From Rebecca billardiae RCC1528 (taxonomy: Eukaryota > Protista > Haptophyta): a DNA stretch of 64,000 bases. Position 1 is the first letter of the stretch. Every line of letters starts with the position of its first letter. The translations under genes were made by a program, and so were the position numbers. A model generated the notes under the pieces. That model was given only the letters and a program-made list of their open reading frames with translations. It did no database searches and was not told the origin of the DNA. Below, one piece after another: positions 63,672-64,000 of this stretch. The stretch is taken from assembly GCA_965240325.2 (NCBI GenBank), contig OZ251251.1:434001-498000 (forward strand), read 5' to 3'.

Positions 63672-64000
63672 TCACGCCGGGAGCGCGCCGCGCTTGAGCA
63701 GCACGAACGTCCCCTTGTCCTCGGTGCCGCGCACCTCTCCCCACGCGATCGCCTTTGCAAAGTCCCAGCGCTTCACCTTGCGCGCGGCGGCGTTGCGCTT
63801 GACGCGGCCGGAGATGGCGAGCGAGCCGGGCTCGCCGCCGGGGCCCACGTCGCCCTCGAACACCAGCTCGTCGCCCGACTTCTTCGAGAGCATCGACGCG
63901 CGCACCGCGCGCACGAGCGCGCCGCCGTCCGAGCTGGCCGCCGCGACCGACTTGGCGCCGAGCGGCGCCCACTTGCCCCCGCGCCAGATCTCGGAGGGCG
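63672..64000 (-). CDS. 3' end of a hypothetical protein continuing beyond the window
   Basis: The open frame ...IWRGGKWAPLG...DELVFEGDV...KGTFVLLKRGALPA* has coding-like composition. Confidence 0.55.
   Translation of the reverse strand, partial: PSEIWRGGKWAPLGAKSVAAASSDGGALVRAVRASMLSKKSGDELVFEGDVGPGGEPGSLAISGRVKRNAAARKVKRWDFAKAIAWGEVRGTEDKGTFVLLKRGALPA

Overview
Very GC-rich eukaryotic genomic DNA with GT-AG spliceosomal introns (donors mostly GTGCGC, acceptors mostly GCGCAG) and short AT/microsatellite-rich spacers. The style suggests a haptophyte alga, possibly Pavlovales; this is inference only. Most long ORFs in the supplied track are GC-driven shadow frames. I support about 18 protein genes. 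In order: a 5'-truncated giant Sfi1-repeat protein, a SETD9-like protein, a 3-exon SLC4 transporter, a membrane-anchored degenerate actin fusion, an RWD-RING protein, COX15, a bacterial-like NmrA/SDR oxidoreductase, two small membrane proteins, an XPA_C-like protein, an F-box/HMG-like protein, a 5-exon ~2464-aa SEA/Pro-rich/Cys-rich multi-pass receptor with a cytoplasmic TIR-like domain, a J-domain/Zn-ribbon/MBD fusion, a 9-exon ~2347-aa MAM/RCC1/ricin-like surface protein, four tandem (RING)-F-box-RCC1 paralogues and a gene end at the right edge. There is one dispersed, structurally intact 5S rRNA gene. Two clear mobile elements stand out. The first is a young 1.7-kb A-X-B-A-Y-B split-direct-repeat element in a (TA)n tract, whose B|A junction forms a symmetric palindrome. 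The second is a 1085-bp foldback element with 403-bp TIRs and a 5-bp TSD, whose empty site survives in two neighbouring paralogues. All domain calls come from motif recognition by eye, not database searches.
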